Below are positions 10,862 through 21,680 of a DNA stretch of 64,000 nt, piece after piece. Within the stretch, counting starts at the first letter, position 1; each line of letters begins with the position of its first letter. The position numbers were made by a program, and so were the translations under genes. The notes under the pieces are model-generated. The model saw only the letters and a list, made by a program, of their open reading frames with translations. It was not told the DNA's origin and searched no databases. This DNA comes from a virus, in IMG/VR virus record IMGVR_UViG_3300021964_012561, positions 50,637 through 114,636 of that record; one strand, written 5' to 3'.

Positions 10862-11818
10862 ATGATTACTGTTAAAGAAAAAATAAGGCTTATTGAATCA
10901 TGTTTTGGTAAGTCTAGGCTGTCTGCTGACAATAAAAATGCCGTTGTGTTTTGCCCAATTTGTAAATCACAAGGTAAAGATAAATTCAAACTAGCCATTG
11001 GTATAGATAAAGGTATGTATCATTGTTGGGTTTGTGAGTCTAAAGGTAAAAATATAGGTCGTTTAGCTTTAAAATATTCAATTCAAAAGAAATCTGCGAC
11101 TGAACTTTATAGTTATTTTAAAACGGATAAAGATGACTTACAAGTACGAATTGAACAAAAAAAGACTGTTGAATTACCTGAAGACTTTAGACTTATTGCA
11201 ACAAGCAGAGGACATTCAGCAAAGATTGCAAGATCTTACCTTGAAAATAGAGGCTTTAAGGAAAAAGATTTCTACCGGTTCAGAGTTGGAATTAGTGAAA
11301 AATACGGATACAAAAACAGAATAATATTTCCTTCGTTCGACAAAGATCAAAATTTAAATTATTATACAGCAAGAACTCACAACTCAGAACAAAAAAGAAG
11401 ATATCAAAATTCAAAAGTTTCTAGAAAAGACGTAATTTTTCGTGAATTTGACATTGATTTTTCAAAAGAATTAATTTTAACAGAAGGTGTTTTTGATTTA
11501 CTAAATTGTCCTGATAACGCTACATGTATTTTAGGTAGCTGGATTGATAAAAATTATGCAATCTTTAAAAAAATTGTGAAAAATAGTACACCTGTTATTT
11601 TGTGCTTCGATGAAGATGCAAAAGCCAAAACACAAAAAATTGCCAAAATGCTTCATGAGTACTGTGTACCGGTAAAAATAACACAACACAAAGGCAAAGA
11701 TTTTGGCGACATGTCAAAAGAAGAAGTAGATTATTGGCTAAAAGAGGCAAAACCTTTTAATAATGTTGATCGAATATCCTATTTAATAAAGACAATTCAA
11801 TCCGGTTCAGTTTTTTAG
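10862..11818 (+). CDS. DNA primase (Zn finger + TOPRIM)
   Basis: CPIC..HCWVC Zn finger; YLENRG, RIIFP, LTEGVFD, FDED and KDFGD TOPRIM motifs. Confidence 0.9.
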   Translation: MITVKEKIRLIESCFGKSRLSADNKNAVVFCPICKSQGKDKFKLAIGIDKGMYHCWVCESKGKNIGRLALKYSIQKKSATELYSYFKTDKDDLQVRIEQKKTVELPEDFRLIATSRGHSAKIARSYLENRGFKEKDFYRFRVGISEKYGYKNRIIFPSFDKDQNLNYYTARTHNSEQKRRYQNSKVSRKDVIFREFDIDFSKELILTEGVFDLLNCPDNATCILGSWIDKNYAIFKKIVKNSTPVILCFDEDAKAKTQKIAKMLHEYCVPVKITQHKGKDFGDMSKEEVDYWLKEAKPFNNVDRISYLIKTIQSGSVF

Positions 11819-11827
11819 AGAGGTTTT

Positions 11828-12436
11828 ATGAAATTAAATCGATTACAATTAAGAAAAATAATTTTACAAGAAATTCAAAGTTCAATAGACGAAGAGATAA
11901 TATTTGCAAAAGATGGTTATTTAAACTATGGCATGCAATCTCAACATGATCAAGGCCATGTATATAGATCTAAATGTTCTGAATGTGGCTCAAAAATGTA
12001 TGAAGGTGACAAAGTTTGTGAACAATGTGGTTATTCTATGGCAGAAGAAGAAACACGCAAAGAATACATAAGCGAGGGTGCTTGTGGCGGTTGTGGATCA
12101 TGTAGTACTTGCGGCGAAGATGACGGATCAGATTATTCAATAGATACAATGGGAATGGTAGGGGACGCATTACATGCTTTAAATGACGCAGGTTACAATG
12201 TTGATGCAACAAAAAGAAAAGACTATAAAATAGGTAATCATAAAATATTTAAAGGGTCGTATATGGCAAAAAGTCACCTATACAAAGTCAATAAATATTC
12301 AGAAAAGCTTTACCATATGATACCAGACGGTCATAATCTTGAAGACTGGATGAGAACAAAATTAGCACAAATAGCTGATGACATTGGTGAAGTTTATCAC
12401 GCATTAGATCATGATATATTTGAGGGTGATGTATAA
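11828..12436 (+). CDS. Leader-bearing Cys-rich protein (Zn ribbon) with helical C-terminal domain
   Basis: MKLNRLQLRKIILQE leader; CSECG..CEQCG and CGGCGSCSTC; C-terminal MAKSHL..LEDWMRTKL. Confidence 0.7.
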   Translation: MKLNRLQLRKIILQEIQSSIDEEIIFAKDGYLNYGMQSQHDQGHVYRSKCSECGSKMYEGDKVCEQCGYSMAEEETRKEYISEGACGGCGSCSTCGEDDGSDYSIDTMGMVGDALHALNDAGYNVDATKRKDYKIGNHKIFKGSYMAKSHLYKVNKYSEKLYHMIPDGHNLEDWMRTKLAQIADDIGEVYHALDHDIFEGDV

Positions 12437-13711
12437 ATGCCTTATTTACTCCAGGATCTTTTTGAAGAAACAAAAAATCACGGAATAAGAAAAAAAGATA
12501 AAAAAAGAATGGCAAGATCTTGTAAATACATTAAAAATTACAAGCTGCTACCTGAATTAAAGTGCCCAGATCCAACGAGTAAATTGCATAAACAAGACGT
12601 AGAAGAATTGCTTAGCTACTATCATAATCCAACACTTCCTGAAAAGTTCTTAACTAAGTCTCATGAGTCTGTTAAAAAGTTATTTAAAGATTATTGTAAA
12701 GACAACAATTTAAAGCCCAGCTGGAAACAAATTGATGATTATAAAAAAGATGTAAGTACAATAATTTCACACTTAAAATACAGACATAATAGACCTAGGC
12801 CAAAAGAATTTTTAGGTGAAGAATACGATGAAATTAGTGACATGTTTAATCCTTCATTTCCTAGCGGTCATACAGCTTCTGCATATTTTTTTGCTGAAAT
12901 GTTATCTTGCATTTATGAAAATCATAGGCAAGAATTAAAAAAATTAGCACGTTTAATAGGACAATCTAGGCTTGAAAATGGAGTACATTTCCCATCAGAC
13001 ATTCTTTATGGACGTTTTATTGGAGAAACATTAGCGGGATTATGTAAAGAACAAGGGCTACATAAAGATTTAATTGACTTTGAGCTTAAGAAAAACGATA
13101 CAAAAAATTGTAAAGAGTATCTACTTAATAAATTCAAAGATCCTGAACAATTAAAGAATAACATTACTGAATTTATCATACGATCAAATGAAATAGAAAA
13201 AATTAATGTAGATTATCAAGAATGCATTAATGCTGTTGATAACTTTTTATCAGGATATCGACTAGAGAAATGCTCTAAAAATAAAGATATTATGTCACAT
13301 TTAAAAGGCATTGTCGTTGCTCACAAATTACACCCTATTGATAATCCGTATAAAATGATTTTAGTTCATAAGGCTTTTGATAAATCTTGTTTAGACAAAG
13401 GCAGCCCAGGAGAACTAAGGTTTGAGCAAGGTTTTTCAAGTACATCAGGTAATAAGTACGCATCACCTGAAAAAATAATTCCTTATTTGACAAAAATTAA
13501 CAATCATAAAAATGATTATGTCAAACACATTTTGTATGAATGGGTTCATCCATTTAATGACGGTAATGGAAGGTCTGGCAGGATTATTTTACTCTGCAAT
13601 TCAGATTTTGACTTTGACAACGTTTTAGATTTTTGTGGTGACAATTACATTAGTTACATTGTTGATTACATTAACCACTTTAAAGATTTAAATAAGTTAT
13701 TATTTGTGTAA
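12437..13711 (+). CDS. PAP2-family phosphatase fused to a Fic domain
   Basis: PAP2 motifs KYRHNRPRP, SFPSGH, SRLENGVHFPSD; canonical Fic motif HPFNDGNGRSGR. Confidence 0.85.
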   Translation: MPYLLQDLFEETKNHGIRKKDKKRMARSCKYIKNYKLLPELKCPDPTSKLHKQDVEELLSYYHNPTLPEKFLTKSHESVKKLFKDYCKDNNLKPSWKQIDDYKKDVSTIISHLKYRHNRPRPKEFLGEEYDEISDMFNPSFPSGHTASAYFFAEMLSCIYENHRQELKKLARLIGQSRLENGVHFPSDILYGRFIGETLAGLCKEQGLHKDLIDFELKKNDTKNCKEYLLNKFKDPEQLKNNITEFIIRSNEIEKINVDYQECINAVDNFLSGYRLEKCSKNKDIMSHLKGIVVAHKLHPIDNPYKMILVHKAFDKSCLDKGSPGELRFEQGFSSTSGNKYASPEKIIPYLTKINNHKNDYVKHILYEWVHPFNDGNGRSGRIILLCNSDFDFDNVLDFCGDNYISYIVDYINHFKDLNKLLFV

Positions 13712-13734
13712 GTTTTAAAATTTTTGGTTATAAT
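13706..13734 (+). promoter_or_regulatory. Sigma70-type promoter
   Basis: GTGTAA-17 nt-TATAAT upstream of 13758 and the nuclease gene. Confidence 0.55.
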
Positions 13735-13757
13735 AATAACAACTAAAGGGTGTAATT

Positions 13758-14159
13758 ATGGCTAAAATTAAAAGAAGCATATTAAAAGATATTAAAAAAG
13801 CTGCTCGTGAAATTAAAAATCAAGAAGCTAAAGAAAATAAGTCAGAAAATAAACCGCAGTACCAAACTCAACTATCTTATGGTCAAAGACGTCAAATAAG
13901 AGAAGAAGCTTTTAATGACCATAAAGTTAAAGTAACATGGAATATTCATCCTGGTGACTTAGTTAAGATTAAAGCTAGCGCCTCACCAACTGGCGCTGCC
14001 ATATATGGCTTGGTAACATGGGGTATTAAAGAAACAATTCAAAGAGCACCATATTTAGGACACCAAAAAAGCCTGTCTTGGTATGATAGTAAAATTAGAG
14101 TAATGTCACCAGCTGGTTATTATTTTTGTGTAGCTAGCGGAATGATTGTAATTAGTTAA
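13758..14159 (+). CDS. Hypothetical protein with possible KOW/SH3-like C-terminus
   Basis: 133 aa; IHPGDLVKIK motif. Confidence 0.6.
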   Translation: MAKIKRSILKDIKKAAREIKNQEAKENKSENKPQYQTQLSYGQRRQIREEAFNDHKVKVTWNIHPGDLVKIKASASPTGAAIYGLVTWGIKETIQRAPYLGHQKSLSWYDSKIRVMSPAGYYFCVASGMIVIS

Positions 14160-14167
14160 GGAGAAAC

Positions 14168-17100
14168 ATGAGAATAATTCATATTGCTGATGTACATTGG
14201 CGAGGTTTGTCGCGCCACGAAGAATACATTTTAGCGTTTAAAGATTTTTTTAAAAAAGCAAAAGCTTTAAAACCTGATGTAATTTACATTGGTGGTGACA
14301 TTGTTCATTCTAAAACACAAGGAATATCACCAGAATTAATTCAATGTTTATCTTGGTGGTTTAATGAAATGGCTAAGGTAGCACCAACGCATGTTATTTT
14401 AGGTAATCATGATGGATTAATCTTAAACAAGGATAGACAAGATACGATATCACCTATTATTAAAGCCCTTAACAATCCAAATATTTACCTTTATAAAGAA
14501 AGCGGAAGTTATGAAATTTTAAACCATCCTGGTTATTATTGGCATGTTTTTTCTTGTTTTGATGAAAAAGGTTGGGACAATGTAAAACCAAAAGAAGATT
14601 CTGTCAATATTGCTTTATACCATGGTGCTGCATACGGCTCTTTAACAGATACAGACTGGCAATTAGAAGGCGAAATATCAAAAGGAATGTTTAAGGGTTT
14701 TGATTTTGCGCTTTTAGGTGACATTCATAAACGTCAATTTCTTAACGAAGAAAAAACTGTGGCCTATTGTGGTTCTACTATACAACAGAATTATGGAGAA
14801 ACCATCGATAAAGGTTTTTTATGTTGGGATATTAGAGGTAAAGGGGACTTTGATGTAGAGTTTCACAGAGTTCAACCAGTACATCCTTTCTATACAGTTG
14901 AATGGTTAGGTAGCGTTGAAGAAACACTTGATTATTGTGAAAACTTACCTAGGCAATCAAAAATAAGAATACGAGCTGACAACTTTATTTCACAATCAGA
15001 TACGCGAAGGTTAAGAAAACTACTTAAAAAATCTTTAAATGCTGCTGAGGTTGTATATAAAATCGATTCTAAGTTTGATGCTGAACATGTTGTTGACGAA
15101 ACAAATAAAAATGCAATAAATCTTCGTAATGCTGACATCCACAAAGATCTTTTAAGGAATTATTATGCAACACAGAATCTATTAAAAGAAGATTGGCAAA
15201 AAATAGATGATTTGGTAGAAAAATATGTAGATCAGCTAGGTGGAGCTGAAGACGGTAGAAATATAAAATGGACAATAGATGAATTGAGGTTTGACAATGC
15301 ATTTTCATACGGGAAAGATAATTACATTAATTTTAAATCGTTACCAGGAATTACAGGTATTTTTGGCAGAAACGCAAGAGGAAAGTCATCTATTATTGGA
15401 ACAGTTGCCTATTCTCTTTTTAACACTTCTGATCGAGGTTCAATAAAAAATCTTCACCTTATTAATACACGCTATAATAACTGCAAGGCTGAAATTGACA
15501 TTACTATTAATGGTATACCACATCGCATTGTTCGTCAAACTGTCAAAAAGGTAACTAGGAAGAACGTGTGGGCACCTACAACACTTAAGTTTTATCGATT
15601 AGATAAATATGGTGAAATAGTAGAAGACCTCACAGATGAACAACGTCGTGAAACAGAAAAGATAGTCAGAAAAAAGATAGGAACTGCAGAAGAGTTTTTA
15701 ATGACATCTTTAGCTTCTCAAGGTGAAATGAATACTTTTGTAAAGGAAAAAGCTGCAGCAAGAAAGCTGCATTTAGCTAATTTTCTTGACTTAGGTGTAT
15801 TTGATAAGCTTTATGACATGGTTAAAAAAGATTCAAATGAGCTTAGATCTCGTGCTAATGCGTTGTCAGGCGAAAATTGGCAACAAAAAATAGATAAAAG
15901 CCAGCAGAGAATAGACGAATACCTTAAAAAGAAAGCTTTTAAAGAATTAGAAATTTCTGGTGCTAAAAAGAAACTAAAGGAGCTTAACAAAGAATATCAT
16001 AAAAACGATACTGCTGATTTAATTGAAGAAAAAACCATTAAAAATCTTCATTATGAATTAATTGACATTGATAACAAAAACAAAGAGTTTGAAAAATTAC
16101 AAAAAGCAGTCGTTGAAAGTATTCTAGAAAAAGAAAACAAAATTAAAAAAATAGAAGATTTTCTAAAAACTATTAATATCGATGACATTAGATCAAAAAG
16201 AGATGCAAAAAATAAAATAGAAAGAGATCTGACAGAACTTCAAGGCTTGTACAATTTAGAAAAAAGAGAATTAGAAATTATTAAAAAGTCTGTTTCTAAG
16301 TTATCTGAAGTTCCTTGTGGTGACCGGTTTCCATCATGTAAGTTTATTAAAGAATCTCATCGCAATAAGAAAAAATTAGAAATACAAGAAAAGAAAGTAA
16401 CATTATTAAGTGTAAAACTAGATGACATTGCTGAATCATTTCAGATATATAGTAAAGATAATTTAGATGCGAAGATTAGTAAATATAATAAACTAATTCA
16501 AAGAAAATCAGAGCTAATAACAGACGTTTCTGATGTTCGCATACAAATAAGTCAATATGGTCAAAAAATAGAAAGATTAAATGACTTGTATGACGAAAAA
16601 CATCAAGTGTTTATTAATCTTAAAGAAAAGTATGATTTACAAGAAGTTGACGATCAAATAACTGAATTAAACAAACAAATTAAGGCAACTGAAAAATTAA
16701 TTAAAGCTCACGAAATATCTTTAACAAACATAATTCAACAATTAGCAAATTATAAAGCAAATTTTAAGCTTTATACAAAGCAAAAAAACGAATACGATAA
16801 AGCAAATGGTCAATTAAAAACATATGATATGATTGCTCAAGCTGTTTCAAGAAGAGGCATACCTGTTCAAATTATACATTCACTTCTTCCTAAAATTAAT
16901 GCTGAAATTGCTAAAATTTTAAATGGTGTTGTAGGTTTTGTTGTTGAATTAGAAGCTGACTTGGAATCAAACGCAATGGACATCTATATTAACTATGGTG
17001 ATTCTCGTCGTATAATAGAGTTAGGTTCAGGAATGGAAAAAATGATGGCATCTTTAGCGATACGTGTAGCATTGATTAATTGTTCTACACTTCCAAAAAC

Positions 17101-17299
17101 AAATATGTTAATGATCGACGAAGGCTTTGGTGCGTTAGACGAAACCAATCTAGAGTCTTGCGGAAAACTTTTGCAATCTCTTAAAAAGTGGTTTAAAAAC
17201 ATACTTATTATTTCTCATATTGATGCAATTAAAGATGTTGTTGACAACACTATAGAAATTAGGAAAAACGGAGTTGACTCTTATGTTTACCAACAATAA
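14168..17299 (+). CDS. Fused Mre11/SbcD nuclease - Rad50/SbcC ATPase (T4 gp47-gp46-like)
   Basis: Metallophosphoesterase motifs ADVH, GGD, GNHD, GDIH; Walker A GRNARGKSS; coiled coil; signature GSGMEK; Walker B/D-loop LMIDEGFGALD; H-loop ISH. Confidence 0.92.
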   Translation: MRIIHIADVHWRGLSRHEEYILAFKDFFKKAKALKPDVIYIGGDIVHSKTQGISPELIQCLSWWFNEMAKVAPTHVILGNHDGLILNKDRQDTISPIIKALNNPNIYLYKESGSYEILNHPGYYWHVFSCFDEKGWDNVKPKEDSVNIALYHGAAYGSLTDTDWQLEGEISKGMFKGFDFALLGDIHKRQFLNEEKTVAYCGSTIQQNYGETIDKGFLCWDIRGKGDFDVEFHRVQPVHPFYTVEWLGSVEETLDYCENLPRQSKIRIRADNFISQSDTRRLRKLLKKSLNAAEVVYKIDSKFDAEHVVDETNKNAINLRNADIHKDLLRNYYATQNLLKEDWQKIDDLVEKYVDQLGGAEDGRNIKWTIDELRFDNAFSYGKDNYINFKSLPGITGIFGRNARGKSSIIGTVAYSLFNTSDRGSIKNLHLINTRYNNCKAEIDITINGIPHRIVRQTVKKVTRKNVWAPTTLKFYRLDKYGEIVEDLTDEQRRETEKIVRKKIGTAEEFLMTSLASQGEMNTFVKEKAAARKLHLANFLDLGVFDKLYDMVKKDSNELRSRANALSGENWQQKIDKSQQRIDEYLKKKAFKELEISGAKKKLKELNKEYHKNDTADLIEEKTIKNLHYELIDIDNKNKEFEKLQKAVVESILEKENKIKKIEDFLKTINIDDIRSKRDAKNKIERDLTELQGLYNLEKRELEIIKKSVSKLSEVPCGDRFPSCKFIKESHRNKKKLEIQEKKVTLLSVKLDDIAESFQIYSKDNLDAKISKYNKLIQRKSELITDVSDVRIQISQYGQKIERLNDLYDEKHQVFINLKEKYDLQEVDDQITELNKQIKATEKLIKAHEISLTNIIQQLANYKANFKLYTKQKNEYDKANGQLKTYDMIAQAVSRRGIPVQIIHSLLPKINAEIAKILNGVVGFVVELEADLESNAMDIYINYGDSRRIIELGSGMEKMMASLAIRVALINCSTLPKTNMLMIDEGFGALDETNLESCGKLLQSLKKWFKNILIISHIDAIKDVVDNTIEIRKNGVDSYVYQQ

Positions 17300-17543
17300 G
17301 ATAGTTTTTATTGACAAAACAAAAGAAAAAGATAACTTTTTTTGTGAAATTTGTAGCTATTCATTAATTACAAAAGAAGATTTTGACACAAATGAAAAAT
17401 ATGATTGTTGTTATAATTGTTTCTTAAAATTCATAGAAAGTAGAAAAAAAGAATGGTTAGCAGGTTGGAGGCCCTCCAAAGATCAGTTAAGCAGCTATTT
17501 AAAAGAAAGAAAACAAATTTCTGAAAAGATAATTAAGATTTAA
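17283..17543 (+). CDS. Small Zn-finger protein
   Basis: CEIC..CCYNC; ATG 17283 with SD GGAG preferred over TTG 17274. Confidence 0.6.
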   Translation: MFTNNKIVFIDKTKEKDNFFCEICSYSLITKEDFDTNEKYDCCYNCFLKFIESRKKEWLAGWRPSKDQLSSYLKERKQISEKIIKI

Positions 17544-17554
17544 AAGGAGAAAAA

Positions 17555-17986
17555 ATGGCACTAAATTTTAAAGAAATTAACATATTAGGAAACATTACAA
17601 ACGATACATACGGAAAAGGATCTACAAATTACAATGAAGAGCACAGTAGTAGATACACACATGCTAGTCAAACACTTTCTTCTGTTGTTACAAAGTCTTC
17701 CCTTCAAGGAGACGTATTAACTGTGACTAGTTTGACTGTCGTTAATCTTTCTCATATTCACACACAACATCAAGAAATAGCAAAATGTGAAAATGAGTTA
17801 AATCAGTATATTAAAAAGTATGTCTCGAATATTAAGAAAGAATTTAAAAAGAAAGAAAATGCAGGTCGGGCTTTAAAATGCAAGCAAATTAAAGATTCTG
17901 AAAGAAATTCTGTTGAAATGATTAATCATTATGCAGAAAATAGACGAGCTATTGTAAGAAGGTCAATTGATTTTGAGGTGGGTTAA
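17555..17986 (+). CDS. Hypothetical protein directly upstream of terminase
   Basis: SD AAGGAG; 143 aa; abuts the terminase start. Confidence 0.7.
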   Translation: MALNFKEINILGNITNDTYGKGSTNYNEEHSSRYTHASQTLSSVVTKSSLQGDVLTVTSLTVVNLSHIHTQHQEIAKCENELNQYIKKYVSNIKKEFKKKENAGRALKCKQIKDSERNSVEMINHYAENRRAIVRRSIDFEVG

Positions 17987-19609
17987 TTGGCAAAAGGAAC
18001 AAAAAGATCACAAGTTCAAGAAATAATCAAATGTGGAAAAGATCCTAATTATTTTTTTAAGCATTATCTTAAGATACAGCATCCAGTGCGTGGATTAATT
18101 CCATTTGATACGTTTCCTTTTCAAGACGATTGTGTTGATCAATTTAACGAGCATCGCTTTAACATTGTTTTAAAGTCTAGGCAGTTAGGTTTATCAACAC
18201 TTGTTGCTGCATATTCAGTATGGATGGCGATATTTCAACGTGAAAAAAATATTCTTATTATTGCAACAAAACTAGCAGTTGCACAAAACTTTATTATTAA
18301 AGTTAAAACAATGATCAGGTCTTTGCCAAAATGGTTGTTAATTCCTGAAATAGTTGCTAATAATAAACAAATAGTTCAATTCAATCACGGATCTCAAATA
18401 AAGGCAATACCAACTTCAGAAGATGCAGGTCGTTCAGAAGCATTGTCGTTACTTATTGTAGACGAGGCAGCTTTTGTTAGAAACTTTGATACAATTTGGA
18501 CAGGTATTTATCCAACAATTTCTACCGGTGGGCGTGTTATTATTCTTTCTACGCCTAATGGTGCAGGAGGTCAATACTACAAATTATATGCAGATGCTGA
18601 AGCAGGCCTAAATGAATTTAATGCTATAAAATTACCTTGGGATTGTCATCCTGAGCGTGATAAAGAATGGTTTGATAAAACCACAGCAAACATGTCTCAG
18701 CGTCAAATTGCGCAAGAATATCTTTGTGATTTTACTTCATCTGGCGAAACTTTTCTTGACCCTAATTCTCTAGAGTGGATGAGACAATGTGTCAAACCTC
18801 CTATTGCAAGAGAAGGCTTAGGTAATTCTGTATGGATATGGAAATATCCTTTGACAGAACACAATTATATACTTTCAGCTGACGTTGCAAGAGGAGACTC
18901 AAAAGACTACTCAACATTTCACATTATTGATGTTGACGAGGGTGAAGTTGTTGCTGAATATAAAGGAAAAATTAGGCCTGATAACTTTGCAACTCTTTTA
19001 AATGAATGGGGACTAAAATACAATAAAGCTTTAATGTGCCCTGAAAATAATAGTTACGGCTTTGGAACTATTCTTAAATTACTTGAATTTAAGTATCCTA
19101 GAATGTATTATCGTAAACAATCAAAAGGAGCCTATCTTGGCGGCTATGTACCTGCAGCTGCACCTGAAAGTGCTGGTTTTAATACCAATGGTAAGACAAG
19201 AAACACAATGTTAGGAAAACTTGAAGAAGTAATAAGAAATAAACAGCTTTACGTTCCATCAAGTAGGTTTTATGAAGAAGTTAAAACATTTACTTGGCAA
19301 AGCGGAAGAGTTCAAGCTAAAAAAGGTTTTAATGATGACCTGGTTATGTCACTAGGTATTGGTACTTGGTTGTATGATGCATCAGCAGACTATAGTAATT
19401 CATCTAAAAAGATTAATGATGCAATGTTAAATGCCTTCAGTACCAAAAGAAAAGAATATAGTGAAACTCCTGATCAAGTCTTAAGTGACACAACTGTTTT
19501 ACCTGTTTTTTCTTCAAGAGGAAATGATAAAGGTATTATTAAAACAAATTTAAATAAAGCATTAAAACGAAGTAAAATACCACCAGGTATGGAATGGATA
19601 TTAAAATAA
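17987..19609 (+). CDS. terL: Terminase large subunit (T4 gp17-like)
   Basis: PFQ adenine motif, Walker A KSRQLGLS, Walker B LIVDEAAF, STPNG, QEYLCDF; nuclease ADVARG and NDDLVMS. Confidence 0.95.
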   Translation: MAKGTKRSQVQEIIKCGKDPNYFFKHYLKIQHPVRGLIPFDTFPFQDDCVDQFNEHRFNIVLKSRQLGLSTLVAAYSVWMAIFQREKNILIIATKLAVAQNFIIKVKTMIRSLPKWLLIPEIVANNKQIVQFNHGSQIKAIPTSEDAGRSEALSLLIVDEAAFVRNFDTIWTGIYPTISTGGRVIILSTPNGAGGQYYKLYADAEAGLNEFNAIKLPWDCHPERDKEWFDKTTANMSQRQIAQEYLCDFTSSGETFLDPNSLEWMRQCVKPPIAREGLGNSVWIWKYPLTEHNYILSADVARGDSKDYSTFHIIDVDEGEVVAEYKGKIRPDNFATLLNEWGLKYNKALMCPENNSYGFGTILKLLEFKYPRMYYRKQSKGAYLGGYVPAAAPESAGFNTNGKTRNTMLGKLEEVIRNKQLYVPSSRFYEEVKTFTWQSGRVQAKKGFNDDLVMSLGIGTWLYDASADYSNSSKKINDAMLNAFSTKRKEYSETPDQVLSDTTVLPVFSSRGNDKGIIKTNLNKALKRSKIPPGMEWILK

Positions 19610-19619
19610 AGGCAAATAA

Positions 19620-21680
19620 ATGGCAAAAGAAAATAATGGAAATTTATTTAGTAAATTAACCAGACTCTTCAGGAGTGGTCCTGTTGTCAAACGAAAATTG
19701 GCTAATAAAACATCATCAAAAACGTCGTCTGCGTTTGAACAGTTTAGAAAAAATCAATCACAGGTTTATTCAGCAGCTATGTCTGCATATGGTACTTATG
19801 ATAGAATGGCAAGATATTCAGATTTTAGTGAAATGGAGTATACTCCTGAAATTGCATCTGCATTAGACATTTATTCAGAAGAATCTGTAGCTGCGGATGA
19901 AAACGGAAAAACTTTGCACATATACTCTGAGAATTCAAAGATTAAAGAATTGTTAACAGAATTGTTTTATGATACACTAAACATTGAATTTAACATGTCA
20001 TCATGGATTAGAAATTTAGTTAAATACGGTGATTTCTTTTTGTTCAATGACGTACATCCAGACCAAGGCGTTATTAACGCCTATCCTTTGCCAATTTCAG
20101 AAATAGAGAGAGAAGAAGGCTTTGATCCTAACGATCCATTAGCAGTTAGATTTAGGTGGATTACACAAGGCAATCAAGTTTTAGAAAATTGGCAAGTATC
20201 ACACATGAGATTGTTAGGTAACGATGCATTTTTACCGTACGGATCTTCAGTTTTAGAACCTGCTCGTAGAATTTGGAGACAATTAATCTTACTTGAAGAC
20301 GCAATGATGGTAATGCGAATTGTACGCGCACCGGATCGCAGGGTATTCTACATTGATGTTGGTAACGTTCCGCCTGAAGATATACCAAACTATATGGAAC
20401 AAGCACAAAGTAGTCTTAAAAGATCAGGCGTGGTTGATAAAAATAATGGTAGAGTTGATTTGCGTTATAATCCTCTTTCTATTGATGAAGATTATTTTAT
20501 TCCAGTTAGAGGTGGAGATAGTGGCACTAAGGTAGATAGTGTGGCGGGTCAAGGCATATCAGGCGAAGTAAATGATGTTGAATATATTCAAAAGAAGCTT
20601 TTTGCAGCATTAAAAATACCAAAGGCATATCTTGGGTATGACGAAGGGTTAGGAGCCAAAGCAACACTATCACAGGAAGACATTCGCTTTAGTAGAACTA
20701 TAGCAAGGATTCAGAGGACTATTTTGTCCGAGATGAACAAAATTGCAATTGTTCACCTTTATTGTAATGGTTATACTGACGAAGACTTAGTTGATTTTAC
20801 TTTAAAACTTTCTAACCCATCAACAATCGCTCAACAACAAAAATTAGAACTTTTTAAGTCTAGGTTTGATGCAGCATCAACAGCATTAGGTACTCCAGGG
20901 TTGGTTGACAGAACTTGGGTTCAAAAAAATATTATGCGACTCACAGATGATGAAATTAAATCAGTAGTTAAGGGCAGAATCAAAGACAAACTATTGGATT
21001 TAGAAGTTGATGCAACTCAATTAGAGCAACCTGAAGGACCGGAAAATCCTGATGTTGGAGGAACGACAGACGTAGGCGGCGGATTTGGTGGCTTAGGAGA
21101 CCTAGGTGGTGGTATGGACTCACCAGCTCCAGCTTCCCCACCTGCAGATGACCCTATAGGATCTTTGGACTTAGGAGCATTATCAGAAAAAAATAAATTA
21201 AGCTTAAAAGACGAACTAGTACCGATTAAAGTTAATCAAAGAATAAGCTCTATTTTATCTGAAATTAAAAATGTCGATACAGAAGAAAACAAAGACGAAG
21301 ATGATAATTTAACAGAATTAGAAAAATTTCAAAAAGAAAAAACAGAATCAGATAAAAAGAAACGAGAAAAGAAAAACAAATACGAGCGAAAGAATCATCT
21401 ATTTGCTGATAACCACTTTAGTGAGTATCAAAGAAATCGCTTAAGAGAAAAAGATGTTTTTTACGATGTAAAACATGAATTAAAATCTGACGTGAAGTAT
21501 AAACCAGAAAATATAATGCCTGAAAATAATGACGTATTCAATGTTCAAGAATACTTAGATAATAACATAACTGTTAATGCAGAATTCACCAATAGAATTA
21601 AATCAACATTAAGCAAGCTTGACAAAAGTTTAATTTCTGAAAATATTGATGAGGACAATAAAGATAATGACAAAACATAA
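19620..21680 (+). CDS. Portal protein (T4 gp20-like) with long low-complexity C-terminal extension
   Basis: RIWRQLILLEDAMMVMRIVRAPDRRVFYIDVGN, EDYFIPVRGG and LFAALKIP motifs; follows terminase. Confidence 0.95.
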   Translation: MAKENNGNLFSKLTRLFRSGPVVKRKLANKTSSKTSSAFEQFRKNQSQVYSAAMSAYGTYDRMARYSDFSEMEYTPEIASALDIYSEESVAADENGKTLHIYSENSKIKELLTELFYDTLNIEFNMSSWIRNLVKYGDFFLFNDVHPDQGVINAYPLPISEIEREEGFDPNDPLAVRFRWITQGNQVLENWQVSHMRLLGNDAFLPYGSSVLEPARRIWRQLILLEDAMMVMRIVRAPDRRVFYIDVGNVPPEDIPNYMEQAQSSLKRSGVVDKNNGRVDLRYNPLSIDEDYFIPVRGGDSGTKVDSVAGQGISGEVNDVEYIQKKLFAALKIPKAYLGYDEGLGAKATLSQEDIRFSRTIARIQRTILSEMNKIAIVHLYCNGYTDEDLVDFTLKLSNPSTIAQQQKLELFKSRFDAASTALGTPGLVDRTWVQKNIMRLTDDEIKSVVKGRIKDKLLDLEVDATQLEQPEGPENPDVGGTTDVGGGFGGLGDLGGGMDSPAPASPPADDPIGSLDLGALSEKNKLSLKDELVPIKVNQRISSILSEIKNVDTEENKDEDDNLTELEKFQKEKTESDKKKREKKNKYERKNHLFADNHFSEYQRNRLREKDVFYDVKHELKSDVKYKPENIMPENNDVFNVQEYLDNNITVNAEFTNRIKSTLSKLDKSLISENIDEDNKDNDKT

